This document shows, piece after piece, positions 45,732 through 54,513 of a DNA stretch of 64,000 nucleotides. A program made the translations under genes and the position numbers. The stretch is from an uncultured virus (IMG/VR IMGVR_UViG_3300044731_000312) (Duplodnaviria; Heunggongvirae; Uroviricota; Caudoviricetes). The DNA lies in IMG/VR virus record IMGVR_UViG_3300044731_000312, one strand, 5' to 3'. Within the stretch, counting starts at the first letter, position 1. Each line of letters begins with the position of its first letter. Under the pieces are notes generated by a model that saw only the letters and a list, made by a program, of their open reading frames with translations, was not told where the DNA came from and made no database searches.

Positions 45732-45861
45732 AGTTTAACGGTATGTGTTAAATAAAATTAAGGGCCGGCCTTCCACAACCGGCCCTTGTTCCAAACTCCA
45801 CCACAGGCGTTGCTGTGTTGGTATTTACTACCGACACGCAGGGGCATACCCTGCTTATTGG
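45732..45861 (-). ncRNA. Conserved intergenic structured RNA/attenuator
   Basis: Homologous to 14597-14714; ends in AAGGGCCGG/CCGGCCCTT hairpin plus AATTTTATTT. Confidence 0.65.
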
Positions 45862-46365
45862 TTAGTAAAAAATTTTCTCTACTGGTCGTCCATATACGTT
45901 AGCGTATGCGAACTGATCGACGGCAGGTCGGTACCTGTTCAGCACGTAGTCAATCATAGGGCGAACCTTGCCAATGGTCTTGCTAATGTGAATCTCCTGT
46001 GCCAGCCTCTTGGCAGCCTCGGTTTCGGCGTACTCAGCACGTTTCTTGTCAAGGTATTTCTTGATGATCGTGATTTGTCGCTGATCGTAGTTTGGATCCT
46101 TCGCTGGCACTACGGCCCCGTTGGATTCTATAAACGTTGCCAGTTCTTCCTGCAGCTTGTTAAATGCACTTACGAAGGCGATGAAGTTACCACAGGCAAC
46201 GGTGCGGGTACATCTTACGTTGTTGCGTATTACCTGTATTCTTAACTGGATGCAGTTACCTTCCTTGCGTGCTGCAATGTGCTGTACAATAGGGATGTAG
46301 GCAAGCATTTTTGGATCGCTATGCTCACAGAGTTGCTTCCACACATCAGAAAGGGAGCGTTGCAT
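45862..46365 (-). CDS. Hypothetical protein
   Basis: ORF in the early operon. Confidence 0.55.
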   Translation of the reverse strand: MQRSLSDVWKQLCEHSDPKMLAYIPIVQHIAARKEGNCIQLRIQVIRNNVRCTRTVACGNFIAFVSAFNKLQEELATFIESNGAVVPAKDPNYDQRQITIIKKYLDKKRAEYAETEAAKRLAQEIHISKTIGKVRPMIDYVLNRYRPAVDQFAYANVYGRPVEKIFY

Positions 46366-46999
46366 CGTCGTCTCCTAAAGATGGTGGTAACGTTTCGTTG
46401 ACGGCAACAACACGTTCGTTGCGTTGTAGCTTTGGGCTCACCTTAGCTTGGAACTCAGAGAGTAGGAACTCCATCTGCTTCGTGTCGTCCCATATCTCCT
46501 GACCGCGTACCTTGACTTTTTCCAAGTCCGGCAGTATGATCTTGCCATCGACTGGGTTGATGGAACTACAGTAGAGGCGCTCGATTTTCTTCCCACGCTG
46601 TGAGACAGTGCAGCCGGTGATGACTCTGCTGGCGTCGTCCTTAGGGCTGAAGCTATAGGGCTTGACTGTTGTGTCCAGCGTTGCATCCCACTCGGGATTG
46701 CAGAGCGCCTGTATAAGTGTTTTGCCATAGTTAGAACTGTACTTGAGTGTGAGAACGTAGGTATAAGGCGCATCGACGAAGGTGATCCGCCACTGCTTAC
46801 CGAAGTCGGTATCGGCAACCTCGATGGCCCGCACGAGACCTGTGAACTCATCGTGCACTAATTCGTGCACAGTGTTCCCGTCTTTGGTTACACGAGATAC
46901 AGACTCTGCTGTGGCCTCACGAAGGCGTATACGGCACTTGCCATCGCTGAGGGTAAAATATGTAGCTCCTGTAGCTACTGATGATGATTGAAAACCCAT
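46346..46999 (-). CDS. Putative single-stranded DNA-binding protein
   Basis: Beta-rich, acidic DDDATLPF tail, near the exonuclease. Confidence 0.6.
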   Translation of the reverse strand: MGFQSSSVATGATYFTLSDGKCRIRLREATAESVSRVTKDGNTVHELVHDEFTGLVRAIEVADTDFGKQWRITFVDAPYTYVLTLKYSSNYGKTLIQALCNPEWDATLDTTVKPYSFSPKDDASRVITGCTVSQRGKKIERLYCSSINPVDGKIILPDLEKVKVRGQEIWDDTKQMEFLLSEFQAKVSPKLQRNERVVAVNETLPPSLGDDDATLPF

Positions 47000-47010
47000 G
47001 GTAGGTGTCC

Positions 47011-47508
47011 TTAAAAGGTTTTTGAAAGTGGGTTAAGAATTTTTGTTGCTTCATGTATTTGAATCAAGGCCTCACGCGCGATTTCGCAAGTGTAGTTGCG
47101 TGGTACGCTACACAATTTTACTTCATTCTTACCTTTGCTGTCTGAATAATCCATCGCACGTAAGTAATTATTTGTTTTTGACAGAGTAATATATCTTCTA
47201 CCGGCAGCGTGTTTTTCTAACTCATTAAAGTATTCGTAACCGCCTGCCTCATGGTATACCTTCTCCATTATCTTATGGAGCGTTTTATCAATTATATTTT
47301 TAACCTTGTGCATTTTGTCCATTTGTACTAAACGCATTGGTTTACGTTGCACAGGCTGAACTGCCCGCTTCGGCTTGGCCTCTGGCACAGCAGTGAACGC
47401 GTCTGTGTTGTTCTGTGCCATCGCGTTTTCAAATGCCTCGATTGCTTCGAGCTCTTTCCATAGCTGGCTTTTACGTTGTACCAGCGCTGTTAATATGTGG
47501 TTGCCCAT
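47011..47508 (-). CDS. Hypothetical early protein (start MGNHIL)
   Basis: GGAG RBS; the longer track start lies inside the terminator. Confidence 0.6.
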   Translation of the reverse strand: MGNHILTALVQRKSQLWKELEAIEAFENAMAQNNTDAFTAVPEAKPKRAVQPVQRKPMRLVQMDKMHKVKNIIDKTLHKIMEKVYHEAGGYEYFNELEKHAAGRRYITLSKTNNYLRAMDYSDSKGKNEVKLCSVPRNYTCEIAREALIQIHEATKILNPLSKTF

Positions 47509-47533
47509 AAGGGTCTCCGAATTTATGTGGCTG

Positions 47534-47582
47534 AAAAAAAATATACGCACCGGTGCCCGTCAACCACAACAGACACCGGCAC
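47534..47582 (-). terminator. Intrinsic terminator with apex TGTGGTTG
   Basis: GTGCCGGTGTCTGTT-GTGGTT-GACGGGCACCGGTGC-GTATATTTTTTTT. Confidence 0.8.
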
Positions 47583-47585
47583 GGT

Positions 47586-48443
47586 TTACGAGTGGCCCAC
47601 GGAGAGAAGCCAGTCGTCGTCAGTCAATGTTTCGTCGTTCTTTGCCAGCCGTTCGTAGGCAGCCCGTGCGATGTCTTCAGGGCGCACAATCTCGATGGTC
47701 GCTTGTCCAGGTAAAGTTCCCGTGTAGATTTTCTTTTCTCTTGGCGTTCGTAGTGTGCCGTTCATTGATTTGAACAGCAGGCACCGTGCTGCAATCTCGT
47801 TTAGACTTACCTCGCCTGTCTGACGTTTCCACGTCCACGTTGGATCGGTTCGCCAGTCTTTAGGGAGCCAGTTGTATATCTCAGTAACGGCAGGCCAGCC
47901 GTGCGCTTCGGCGTGTTCGTTCCATGCGAGCCGGTACATCTCCAGCTGGACAGCATAGTCGTCGTATACAGACGATCCACTCTTGAAATCAACTATGGCG
48001 ATTTTGCCATTGCGTAGTCGACATACGAGGTCACATGTGCCAGCGTATTCGTGCCGGTCACTGTATAAAAGCATCTCAACAGCATACACTTCATCGACGT
48101 CTTTGCGGAAGAACGCATCGAATGACATTAGGGACTTGCTGTGGAACTCAGACAATGCTGTCATCTCTATGACTTGCCCTGCCATGTAACGCTCAAACAA
48201 TATGTGCATCTGTGTCCCGCGTTCAGCGGCTTCGTCACGTAGCTGGTTGGCGCCTTCCATGCCATGCTTGGCATACCATGCCATCAGCCCTGGCGGCGTT
48301 GGTGAGGTGGCCTTGATGATACGCGTGACGGAAGGATACCATTTGACGTCAACGTCATTCACCCGCGCATAGAACCTGTCGCCTCCGTCGTCGTAACGGA
48401 ACAGCGGTGCAGGCCGTTCGTGGTTGTGCAGGTTCCAGATCAT
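47586..48443 (-). CDS. PD-(D/E)XK exonuclease (Cas4/RecB-like)
   Basis: PSVT.I, RGT.MH, YAGT.DL, VDFKS, QL..Y. Confidence 0.85.
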   Translation of the reverse strand: MIWNLHNHERPAPLFRYDDGGDRFYARVNDVDVKWYPSVTRIIKATSPTPPGLMAWYAKHGMEGANQLRDEAAERGTQMHILFERYMAGQVIEMTALSEFHSKSLMSFDAFFRKDVDEVYAVEMLLYSDRHEYAGTCDLVCRLRNGKIAIVDFKSGSSVYDDYAVQLEMYRLAWNEHAEAHGWPAVTEIYNWLPKDWRTDPTWTWKRQTGEVSLNEIAARCLLFKSMNGTLRTPREKKIYTGTLPGQATIEIVRPEDIARAAYERLAKNDETLTDDDWLLSVGHS

Positions 48444-48652
48444 CAGTTGTTCTCCGTGTAATAGTTAATGTACTCGATTACCAGTTGCCGCAGCAGTGCC
48501 GACTTGGTTATGCCTTCGGCCTCTGCAATGCTCTTCAGGTGGTTGTTATGCTCTTCAGGTATGCGGAATATAACGTTTGGATTGTAACATGGTTTCCGGC
48601 CCCGTGGTCGTCCGCGTTTACTTTGTGACACGGTACCCCTCGATATATTCAT
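48443..48652 (-). CDS. Ribbon-helix-helix (CopG/Arc-like) regulator with AT-hook-like N-terminus
   Basis: KRGRPRG; FRIPEE...L..IA...GITKSALLR. Confidence 0.7.
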   Translation of the reverse strand: MNISRGTVSQSKRGRPRGRKPCYNPNVIFRIPEEHNNHLKSIAEAEGITKSALLRQLVIEYINYYTENN

Positions 48653-48812
48653 CGTCGATAGCAGAGGCCACTTCCCAGATTTCGTTCATCTCCCTACGGC
48701 ATTCCTGCAACGTCTTGGCCTTGTCGATGCTGTCAACGATTACCCCGAGGTCGTCTACCCATTTGCGGAGCACGGAGATAGGTATCTCACGTGTGAGGGG
48801 CTTGTCAGTCAT
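48618..48812 (-). CDS. Hypothetical protein
   Basis: GAGG RBS; C-terminus resembles 50070..50255 (E.WE...I). Confidence 0.55.
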   Translation of the reverse strand: MTDKPLTREIPISVLRKWVDDLGVIVDSIDKAKTLQECRREMNEIWEVASAIDDEYIEGYRVTK

Positions 48813-49152
48813 GGAACACCTCGTTCAGTTCTTTGCAGGCTCGTTCAGCATTATCCTTATGGACAAAAAATTGTGTTGTTTTTAACACATCGCCATTACC
48901 ATAGACTCTGTGGAGAGTCCACTGCGGCCGAGGTGGACAGTATGCATCAGGATCTGTGAACTCAACGACGTGGTATTCAAACTGCGATGCCTTGATGCTA
49001 TTGACTAAATGTAGACAGTTCTCAAGTTCACAGTGCAGCTTGTAAGTAACGTTCTCATCGGGGCCGTGGTTGACGTAATAGTCTTCCCAGTATGCCTGTG
49101 CTGCTATTGCCAGCAGTTCATAGGCATTCAACAGTTTATCTTGCTTATTCAT
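48805..49152 (-). CDS. Hypothetical protein (start MNKQD)
   Basis: ATGA overlap with upstream gene. Confidence 0.55.
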   Translation of the reverse strand: MNKQDKLLNAYELLAIAAQAYWEDYYVNHGPDENVTYKLHCELENCLHLVNSIKASQFEYHVVEFTDPDAYCPPRPQWTLHRVYGNGDVLKTTQFFVHKDNAERACKELNEVFHD

Positions 49153-49364
49153 CGTTGCCCCCACAAGGTTACGGTTTGGTCTGGTTTGATCATCGGGTCT
49201 GGCGATATAGTGCCAGCCAGGGCGAACATGCCGATTGTTAGAACTGTCAGGAACACGCCAACAGTTAGAAGGCGTTGACGATGTGATCCGTCGATGCGAG
49301 GTGTGACGCGGAACCATAGGTTCCCATCGTAGCGTCCGGTTTTGAACTCAATGCTGAGTCGCAT
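49149..49364 (-). CDS. Conserved early single-TM membrane protein (start MRLSIEF)
   Basis: Homolog of 17070..17291. Confidence 0.75.
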   Translation of the reverse strand: MRLSIEFKTGRYDGNLWFRVTPRIDGSHRQRLLTVGVFLTVLTIGMFALAGTISPDPMIKPDQTVTLWGQR

Positions 49365-49395
49365 AAAAACTCCGTGTAATTTGTGTGTTGGTAGG

Positions 49396-50073
49396 TTATC
49401 TACCGTGGTTGTTTGTTTGCATTGCAATACTAACGAAATCTTTTCGATTTTCCAAAAGCCACTCTCGAGAATTTTTCGCATCCTCTTCGTAATTGGCAAT
49501 TCCCAATGTCTGCGAACCGACGTGATGGACGTATGACCTGGACACGAACACCTCATACCCACGCTGGCGGATGTCGAAGCACTGCACATCGTCACTGTAA
49601 AAATTGATCGGTGGAAAGTCCACCCACGTCTCACGAGTGTAGACAGCCAGCAGAGGAGCCACGCTAGGCACTGCGATGATTTGCAGTTCTTGCGGGTTCT
49701 GGATTGTCCTCTGTTGTTCCATGCCGTATGTGAAACGTATGTTCTGTGGGCCCATCCTCACGTAGTCAGCACGTGATGCTATAACTCCCCAGTGCCGTTG
49801 TTCTCCCTGGCAGATCTCAATGTCTTCGTTCAGCAGTTGGAAGCTATCAGGGCGAAGCACGATGTCGTCGTTGGCGATGGCAAAGGTCCTATGCCCTCCA
49901 CGGATCATCGTATCTACCAGGGCATTGTAGCTTGTCCCGAAGTTACCGAGCGAGTGCTGGCGGAATACCTCCACATCACGTGGTTTGTATTCACGTAGTG
50001 AGGCCAGAAACACCCGTTCGTGAGGCGTGTAATGTGCGCGGCTCTTGTGGCAGTAGCCAAGGGCGGTGATCAT
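49396..50073 (-). CDS. GT2-like glycosyltransferase in the early region
   Basis: NFG.SYN, ANDDI, FYSDD, YVHHVGSQT. Confidence 0.8.
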   Translation of the reverse strand: MITALGYCHKSRAHYTPHERVFLASLREYKPRDVEVFRQHSLGNFGTSYNALVDTMIRGGHRTFAIANDDIVLRPDSFQLLNEDIEICQGEQRHWGVIASRADYVRMGPQNIRFTYGMEQQRTIQNPQELQIIAVPSVAPLLAVYTRETWVDFPPINFYSDDVQCFDIRQRGYEVFVSRSYVHHVGSQTLGIANYEEDAKNSREWLLENRKDFVSIAMQTNNHGR

Positions 50074-50255
50074 GGCGTTTTAGTTTCGTCTAACGAATTA
50101 GCTGCAGCCACCGAGATCTCATCGATGATTTCCCATAACTCTACGCTATATCCAACACCCTCGCATTCAAGGGATTTGGCAAGGTCACACAGCCTGTTGC
50201 TGATCTTGAACAGCTCGATGTGGAGGGTTACGAAGCGTTCGGTGGAGATGCTCAT
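50070..50255 (-). CDS. Hypothetical protein
   Basis: Coupled ORF. Confidence 0.55.
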   Translation of the reverse strand: MSISTERFVTLHIELFKISNRLCDLAKSLECEGVGYSVELWEIIDEISVAAANSLDETKTP

Positions 50256-50395
50256 TTTGCACCGCCTTTCGCCTTGGCTTGCGCCTCGGCTTTGGCCTTG
50301 GCATCTAGGCAGGCTGCCATCATAGTCTTGCCGTAGCCTTCAACTTTCTTACCTGATGACGTCAGGATAAAAGCCTTGTAAATAGGTGTCTTCAT
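50252..50395 (-). CDS. 47-aa protein (not in ORF track)
   Basis: MKTPIYKAFILTSSGKKVEGYG...; ACACGGAG RBS. Confidence 0.55.
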   Translation of the reverse strand: MKTPIYKAFILTSSGKKVEGYGKTMMAACLDAKAKAEAQAKAKGGAK

Positions 50396-50438
50396 TGTGG
50401 TCTCCGTGTGGTTGGTGGTTGTGTTTCTTAACAGCCCA

Positions 50439-50633
50439 TCAGTTTGAATGGGCTGTCTTGCTGTCGTTGATTAGGCGCTGGCGTGTTTTAGCTACAACAT
50501 AAAGCCATTCGATAACGGCATCCGAGGCTTTGCCTTCCTTGTGTGCTGCAATGAGTTCCATGACAGCGGCCGCGAATTGTGCATCGTTAAGTGTTGCGTA
50601 CTTGTAAGCCATATCTACTGTGTAGTCGTTCAT
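50439..50633 (-). CDS. First early gene of B (start MNDYT)
   Basis: Downstream of the promoter; ACACGGAG RBS. Confidence 0.6.
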   Translation of the reverse strand: MNDYTVDMAYKYATLNDAQFAAAVMELIAAHKEGKASDAVIEWLYVVAKTRQRLINDSKTAHSN

Positions 50634-50669
50634 CGTCGTCTCCGTGTATACTGTGGTTGTTTGTTGTGT

Positions 50670-50701
50670 GCAATCTACGGGATATTTATTTGCAATGCAA
50701 G
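50670..50701 (-). promoter_or_regulatory. Main early promoter of B
   Basis: CTTG-N20-TAGATTGC; same position as A's early promoter. Confidence 0.55.
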
Positions 50702-50702
50702 C

Positions 50703-50739
50703 AAAAAATAAAAAACCCGAAAAAATTTTTTCGGGCTTT
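50703..50739 (-). terminator. Late-operon terminator (possibly bidirectional)
   Basis: AAGCCCGAAAA-AATT-TTTTCGGGTTT followed by a T-rich tail. Confidence 0.8.
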
Positions 50740-50743
50740 CTAT

Positions 50744-50875
50744 TTACTTGATTGTCTTGAGCCGTTCCGTCCACACCTTGTGCTGGTTTAACAACTCAGC
50801 ACGGCGCACAGGTTCCATCTGATAATTGAGCAGCGCCTCGATTGCACGAAGCATTAACATTATGTGTTCTCTCAT
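50744..50875 (-). CDS. 43-aa protein (not in ORF track)
   Basis: PVRRAELL; homolog of 19425..19565. Confidence 0.65.
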   Translation of the reverse strand: MREHIMLMLRAIEALLNYQMEPVRRAELLNQHKVWTERLKTIK

Positions 50876-51411
50876 AATGCCGTCAGTGCCTCCGTAAACA
50901 CGCGTATACGCGCTGCAGCACTTGCGGCATAGGTTACACTTGTCGCTGAGTTTGAAAGCACCACAGCGTAGAATGTCGAAGACGTCGACACCGTGCCTGT
51001 GCGAACGTACTTGTCAGGATTGATGCCAGCAATCCAGACCGTATCAGATACACGCTTATAGTCGGTGTCTGCAATAGTAAACGCCCCCAGTAGGTTTGTC
51101 GTCGATCCGTTGTAGACAGCACCCGATGTAGGCGTCGTCGGCGCTGTCGAGTTGTACAGCAGCACAATCAGAGGGCATTTCTTGATGTTCGCAGAGCTCG
51201 ACGCGGTCTCTTCAAACTCGATTTGACGGATGATCGCGTGCTGTTGTGTCGTCTGGGCAAGACCCGTGAGGGTAATAACAGACGCCATGACCGGATAGTA
51301 TTGGCTCAATGCCGTCGTTATAACCGTGCCGGTATTTTGCCAGCCGTGATCTGTAGAGTTAGTAGCTGATAAGACGTTGGCAGCTACTGGCGTATTGGGT
51401 AAGCAGGACAT
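50872..51411 (-). CDS. Tail-tip structural protein
   Basis: Homolog of 19562..20101. Confidence 0.7.
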   Translation of the reverse strand: MSCLPNTPVAANVLSATNSTDHGWQNTGTVITTALSQYYPVMASVITLTGLAQTTQQHAIIRQIEFEETASSSANIKKCPLIVLLYNSTAPTTPTSGAVYNGSTTNLLGAFTIADTDYKRVSDTVWIAGINPDKYVRTGTVSTSSTFYAVVLSNSATSVTYAASAAARIRVFTEALTAL

Positions 51412-51439
51412 GATAATTCCTTGTAATTAGTTTCAGTTA

Positions 51440-52246
51440 TTAAGGCTGGGCGCCCTTGTAAAAGACGTACTCGTTGCCGTCTGTGGCTGTGTTGCCCGTT
51501 GTGTTCAATTCGCAGTTCTCACGATGGCCTGTAATGTAGGCATAGATGGACGACGGGAACAGAACACCTGCCTCTTCCGAGGGCCCGCCTGTTCTTGCTA
51601 TCATTTTGACTTCGAGCTTGTCACCAGCACGGAGTGGGATGTGTGCCCCACCCATCAGCCTAGCGTCACGGATGTGTGGCCCGTCTCCCATGTTGTGATA
51701 GTCAACCATGTCAATGATACGAAACATCACACCGTTTACGAAATACGCAAGACGTGCTTCGTCAATCTGTGACGTGTTTGAGTACCTGATCTGCACGTAG
51801 GTATGCACCCACCAGACGCCTTTGTTCTGATCGGTTGGTCGGAATGACCAGGTGTCGTCATAGTCTAGTGATTCGTTTTGAATGCCTTGCGTCCGCAGGA
51901 ACTCATTGTTAAACGGAACAGGTGTGTACACGTCCGTCATGAACGACCAGTTGCCGTTTAAATCCCATTGGAAAGACTGCTTGTAATCGCCCACCCAATG
52001 CTTCGACCTGTGCTCGCTGTTGGCCATGGCCTTCATGTTGGCATCGGTCTGTGTTATCAGGTACTGTTTAGTGACGATGTTGTTAAACGTTACATTGTAG
52101 TTATAGTCGATGTAATACTGGTAATTGTATACATCGCCATCAGTTTCTTCGCCTGCATAGTATGTGCCGAAGGTCTGCCTACGACGTTCGAATGCCAGCG
52201 AAGCCGGTGCTATCTTGCGATTGTTAACGGGGTCGTTGATAGGCAT
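51440..52246 (-). CDS. Tail-tip receptor-binding candidate, C1q/TNF-like
   Basis: Homolog of 20098..20895. Confidence 0.6.
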   Translation of the reverse strand: MPINDPVNNRKIAPASLAFERRRQTFGTYYAGEETDGDVYNYQYYIDYNYNVTFNNIVTKQYLITQTDANMKAMANSEHRSKHWVGDYKQSFQWDLNGNWSFMTDVYTPVPFNNEFLRTQGIQNESLDYDDTWSFRPTDQNKGVWWVHTYVQIRYSNTSQIDEARLAYFVNGVMFRIIDMVDYHNMGDGPHIRDARLMGGAHIPLRAGDKLEVKMIARTGGPSEEAGVLFPSSIYAYITGHRENCELNTTGNTATDGNEYVFYKGAQP

Positions 52247-54000
52247 TACGTTAGTTCCTGAGATGTTGTCGGTGCTAGCACGTAATAATTGATTTTAGAC
52301 GTTGAAGCAAACCAGTCAACGGATATGGACGTTGGCAGTGCATAATCCCAGTTAATCGAATCGAAAATATCGACGACCGAATCTGTCAATGTGTGCCTGC
52401 CACATAGTGCCGATGGCAGTAATGCCGTTGATTTGGTGTAGTTCCATTCGGTTTCACATGTGGCGTTGTTCTCATCCGCAAAGACGTGCAAGTGCAGCAA
52501 ACACAGTGCAGCCGGCATCGAGGTTTGAGCCTGCATAGCAGCCAGCTGAACACGGTATTTTTCTTGCGATTCGTCGTCTTGAAATTCTGGTTTATCCGAT
52601 GCAGGCGAGGAGATCTTCACCCATTGCGTCGACTTGGGGCCATACCAGTATTTCGTGGTCTCGTGCACCTTGACTAGCGATCCGTTGTTGGCTTTGAACA
52701 GTATCTGGTTCGTCTGCTTATACACTTCGGTGCGTCCGTTCTCATCGTCGTAATCCGTCATGTATACAGGCACGTTGTGAATGATGGGCTCGATGTTCAT
52801 TGACCGTGAGGAGCGAGCGCCTTTTTTAAGACGTACTATCTCGGTAGCGTCCTCTTGATGGCTCGTCTCATATCGTGATTCGGCCTTGGCTATGTTATCC
52901 CCACGCTTAATGATTGTAGGTAATGCCAGCGACTGGTTTAGGGATAGTGTTGCGTCGGTCGTGTCTACGTTGTTGGCGTAGCCTAGTGACGATGCTATGC
53001 GCTTAACATACCAGTTAGCATCAATGTAGATATTGCCACTTTGTGTCTTAGCCTCGAAATTGTAGGAAGCCTTCACACCAAGTGTTTCGCAGAGATCACG
53101 GATGATGTCGTATACAGTAACATCACGGCGCCCCCAGGCGAAGTTATCCCCTAGGCTGTAGAGGCCACCGATTGTTGCTCCACCATAAGAGTCTTTGCTG
53201 ATGTTTGTTGTAAGGTACGAGGTTTGGGAAGTTACGGCTGTCGATATTGTACGCGGTTCGTTGTCTAATCCCATCGTGTACAATTCGATTGCCGCCTCGA
53301 TTAGTTTATCGAGCGTGTTAAAATCAAAGAGTGACCCCGAAGAGCCAAAGGTAGTACGCGCATAGTTTGTTTTTATGTGCGTGCCCATTGCGGTGCGTAT
53401 GTAGCCCATGATCGTTGCGAAGGTATCAGCAAGCACACGCCCTGGGCTTAAATGCTTTTGATTCCTACCGACAAGGTTACGAAGCAGGAACTGGAACACC
53501 TCTGTTTCGGGTGGACGGTGTGCGCCTATCTTGCCATTAAATACTTGATTGCCGGTGAGGGTTTTCATGGCATGGAATACATAGTCGACAAGTTCAACGT
53601 TGTAGCCATAGGAGCCGTCATCAAGGGGCTCTAATTGCACAGCTTCGACGTTATCCTCAACGCCTGCATATTCGACGGTGTACGTCGCACCTGAAGTGCC
53701 ACGATCGGAATAGAGAACCCACAGGTTGCACTTGTCCGGCGCAGCCGGATCTACGCTGTCCTCGATATAATCCTGCACGGCTGATGGCAGCATCGACCAT
53801 GCCAGTTTGAACTTAAGAGTTTGGGGCTTTACGAGCCCGTAGGGCAGCGTTTCAAATTCAGCCGTCTGTGAGCCCAGTTCAAGCAAACAAACGTCACCAA
53901 GGGCCGTTACGGTACCGTTAAGGTTCTCGTCATAGGGTACAAGATCCAGACGTATACGCCAGCCGTTAGGTAACGTTCGTGATAGTCGGTAGATTGCCAT
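52246..54000 (-). CDS. Tail hub/baseplate protein
   Basis: Homolog of 20895..22691. Confidence 0.6.
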   Translation of the reverse strand: MAIYRLSRTLPNGWRIRLDLVPYDENLNGTVTALGDVCLLELGSQTAEFETLPYGLVKPQTLKFKLAWSMLPSAVQDYIEDSVDPAAPDKCNLWVLYSDRGTSGATYTVEYAGVEDNVEAVQLEPLDDGSYGYNVELVDYVFHAMKTLTGNQVFNGKIGAHRPPETEVFQFLLRNLVGRNQKHLSPGRVLADTFATIMGYIRTAMGTHIKTNYARTTFGSSGSLFDFNTLDKLIEAAIELYTMGLDNEPRTISTAVTSQTSYLTTNISKDSYGGATIGGLYSLGDNFAWGRRDVTVYDIIRDLCETLGVKASYNFEAKTQSGNIYIDANWYVKRIASSLGYANNVDTTDATLSLNQSLALPTIIKRGDNIAKAESRYETSHQEDATEIVRLKKGARSSRSMNIEPIIHNVPVYMTDYDDENGRTEVYKQTNQILFKANNGSLVKVHETTKYWYGPKSTQWVKISSPASDKPEFQDDESQEKYRVQLAAMQAQTSMPAALCLLHLHVFADENNATCETEWNYTKSTALLPSALCGRHTLTDSVVDIFDSINWDYALPTSISVDWFASTSKINYYVLAPTTSQELT

Positions 54001-54512
54001 TATATCAAACTCGATGCTTGGCGGAAACGATGCTTAAACGCTAGAGTCAAATTACGGTTCCCGAATTCCTTATTCAGCGAACCCTGCCATGACTCCAGCA
54101 CGACAGGGTAGACGTGCCCCGATGTTGTGGGGCTTGTCCGTGATCCTGCCGTGAAACGAACCCAGAGGTATCTCTTGCCGTTGATGCCATCGGACAAGGC
54201 GAAGTAATCATCAAGATCTGTTTCGGTAGTTGAGGCGTCAAACAGAAACGGCCAGCACTCGACAGTCCAGATCGTGCGCCTGTTCGCCGTGCCGATGGTG
54301 CCACCTCCGATGTCGACTAGAGTAGACGTTTCGAACTCTGCATCTTCAGCCGGTGCTAGGATAGGACAGGAACCATTGGGCAGTGATGTTGTGATATTAG
54401 CATAGCCTGACAAGGAGGTCAGCGACGAAGCTGCTACCGTGTCGTATGCGGTCGATGATGTGTCTTCGTTGGCCGCGTATAAATACATCTGCCATGAACT
54501 GTTGCCTGCCAT
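54000..54512 (-). CDS. Distal tail protein (putative)
   Basis: Homolog of 22691..23179. Confidence 0.6.
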   Translation of the reverse strand: MAGNSSWQMYLYAANEDTSSTAYDTVAASSLTSLSGYANITTSLPNGSCPILAPAEDAEFETSTLVDIGGGTIGTANRRTIWTVECWPFLFDASTTETDLDDYFALSDGINGKRYLWVRFTAGSRTSPTTSGHVYPVVLESWQGSLNKEFGNRNLTLAFKHRFRQASSLI

Positions 54513-54513
54513 G

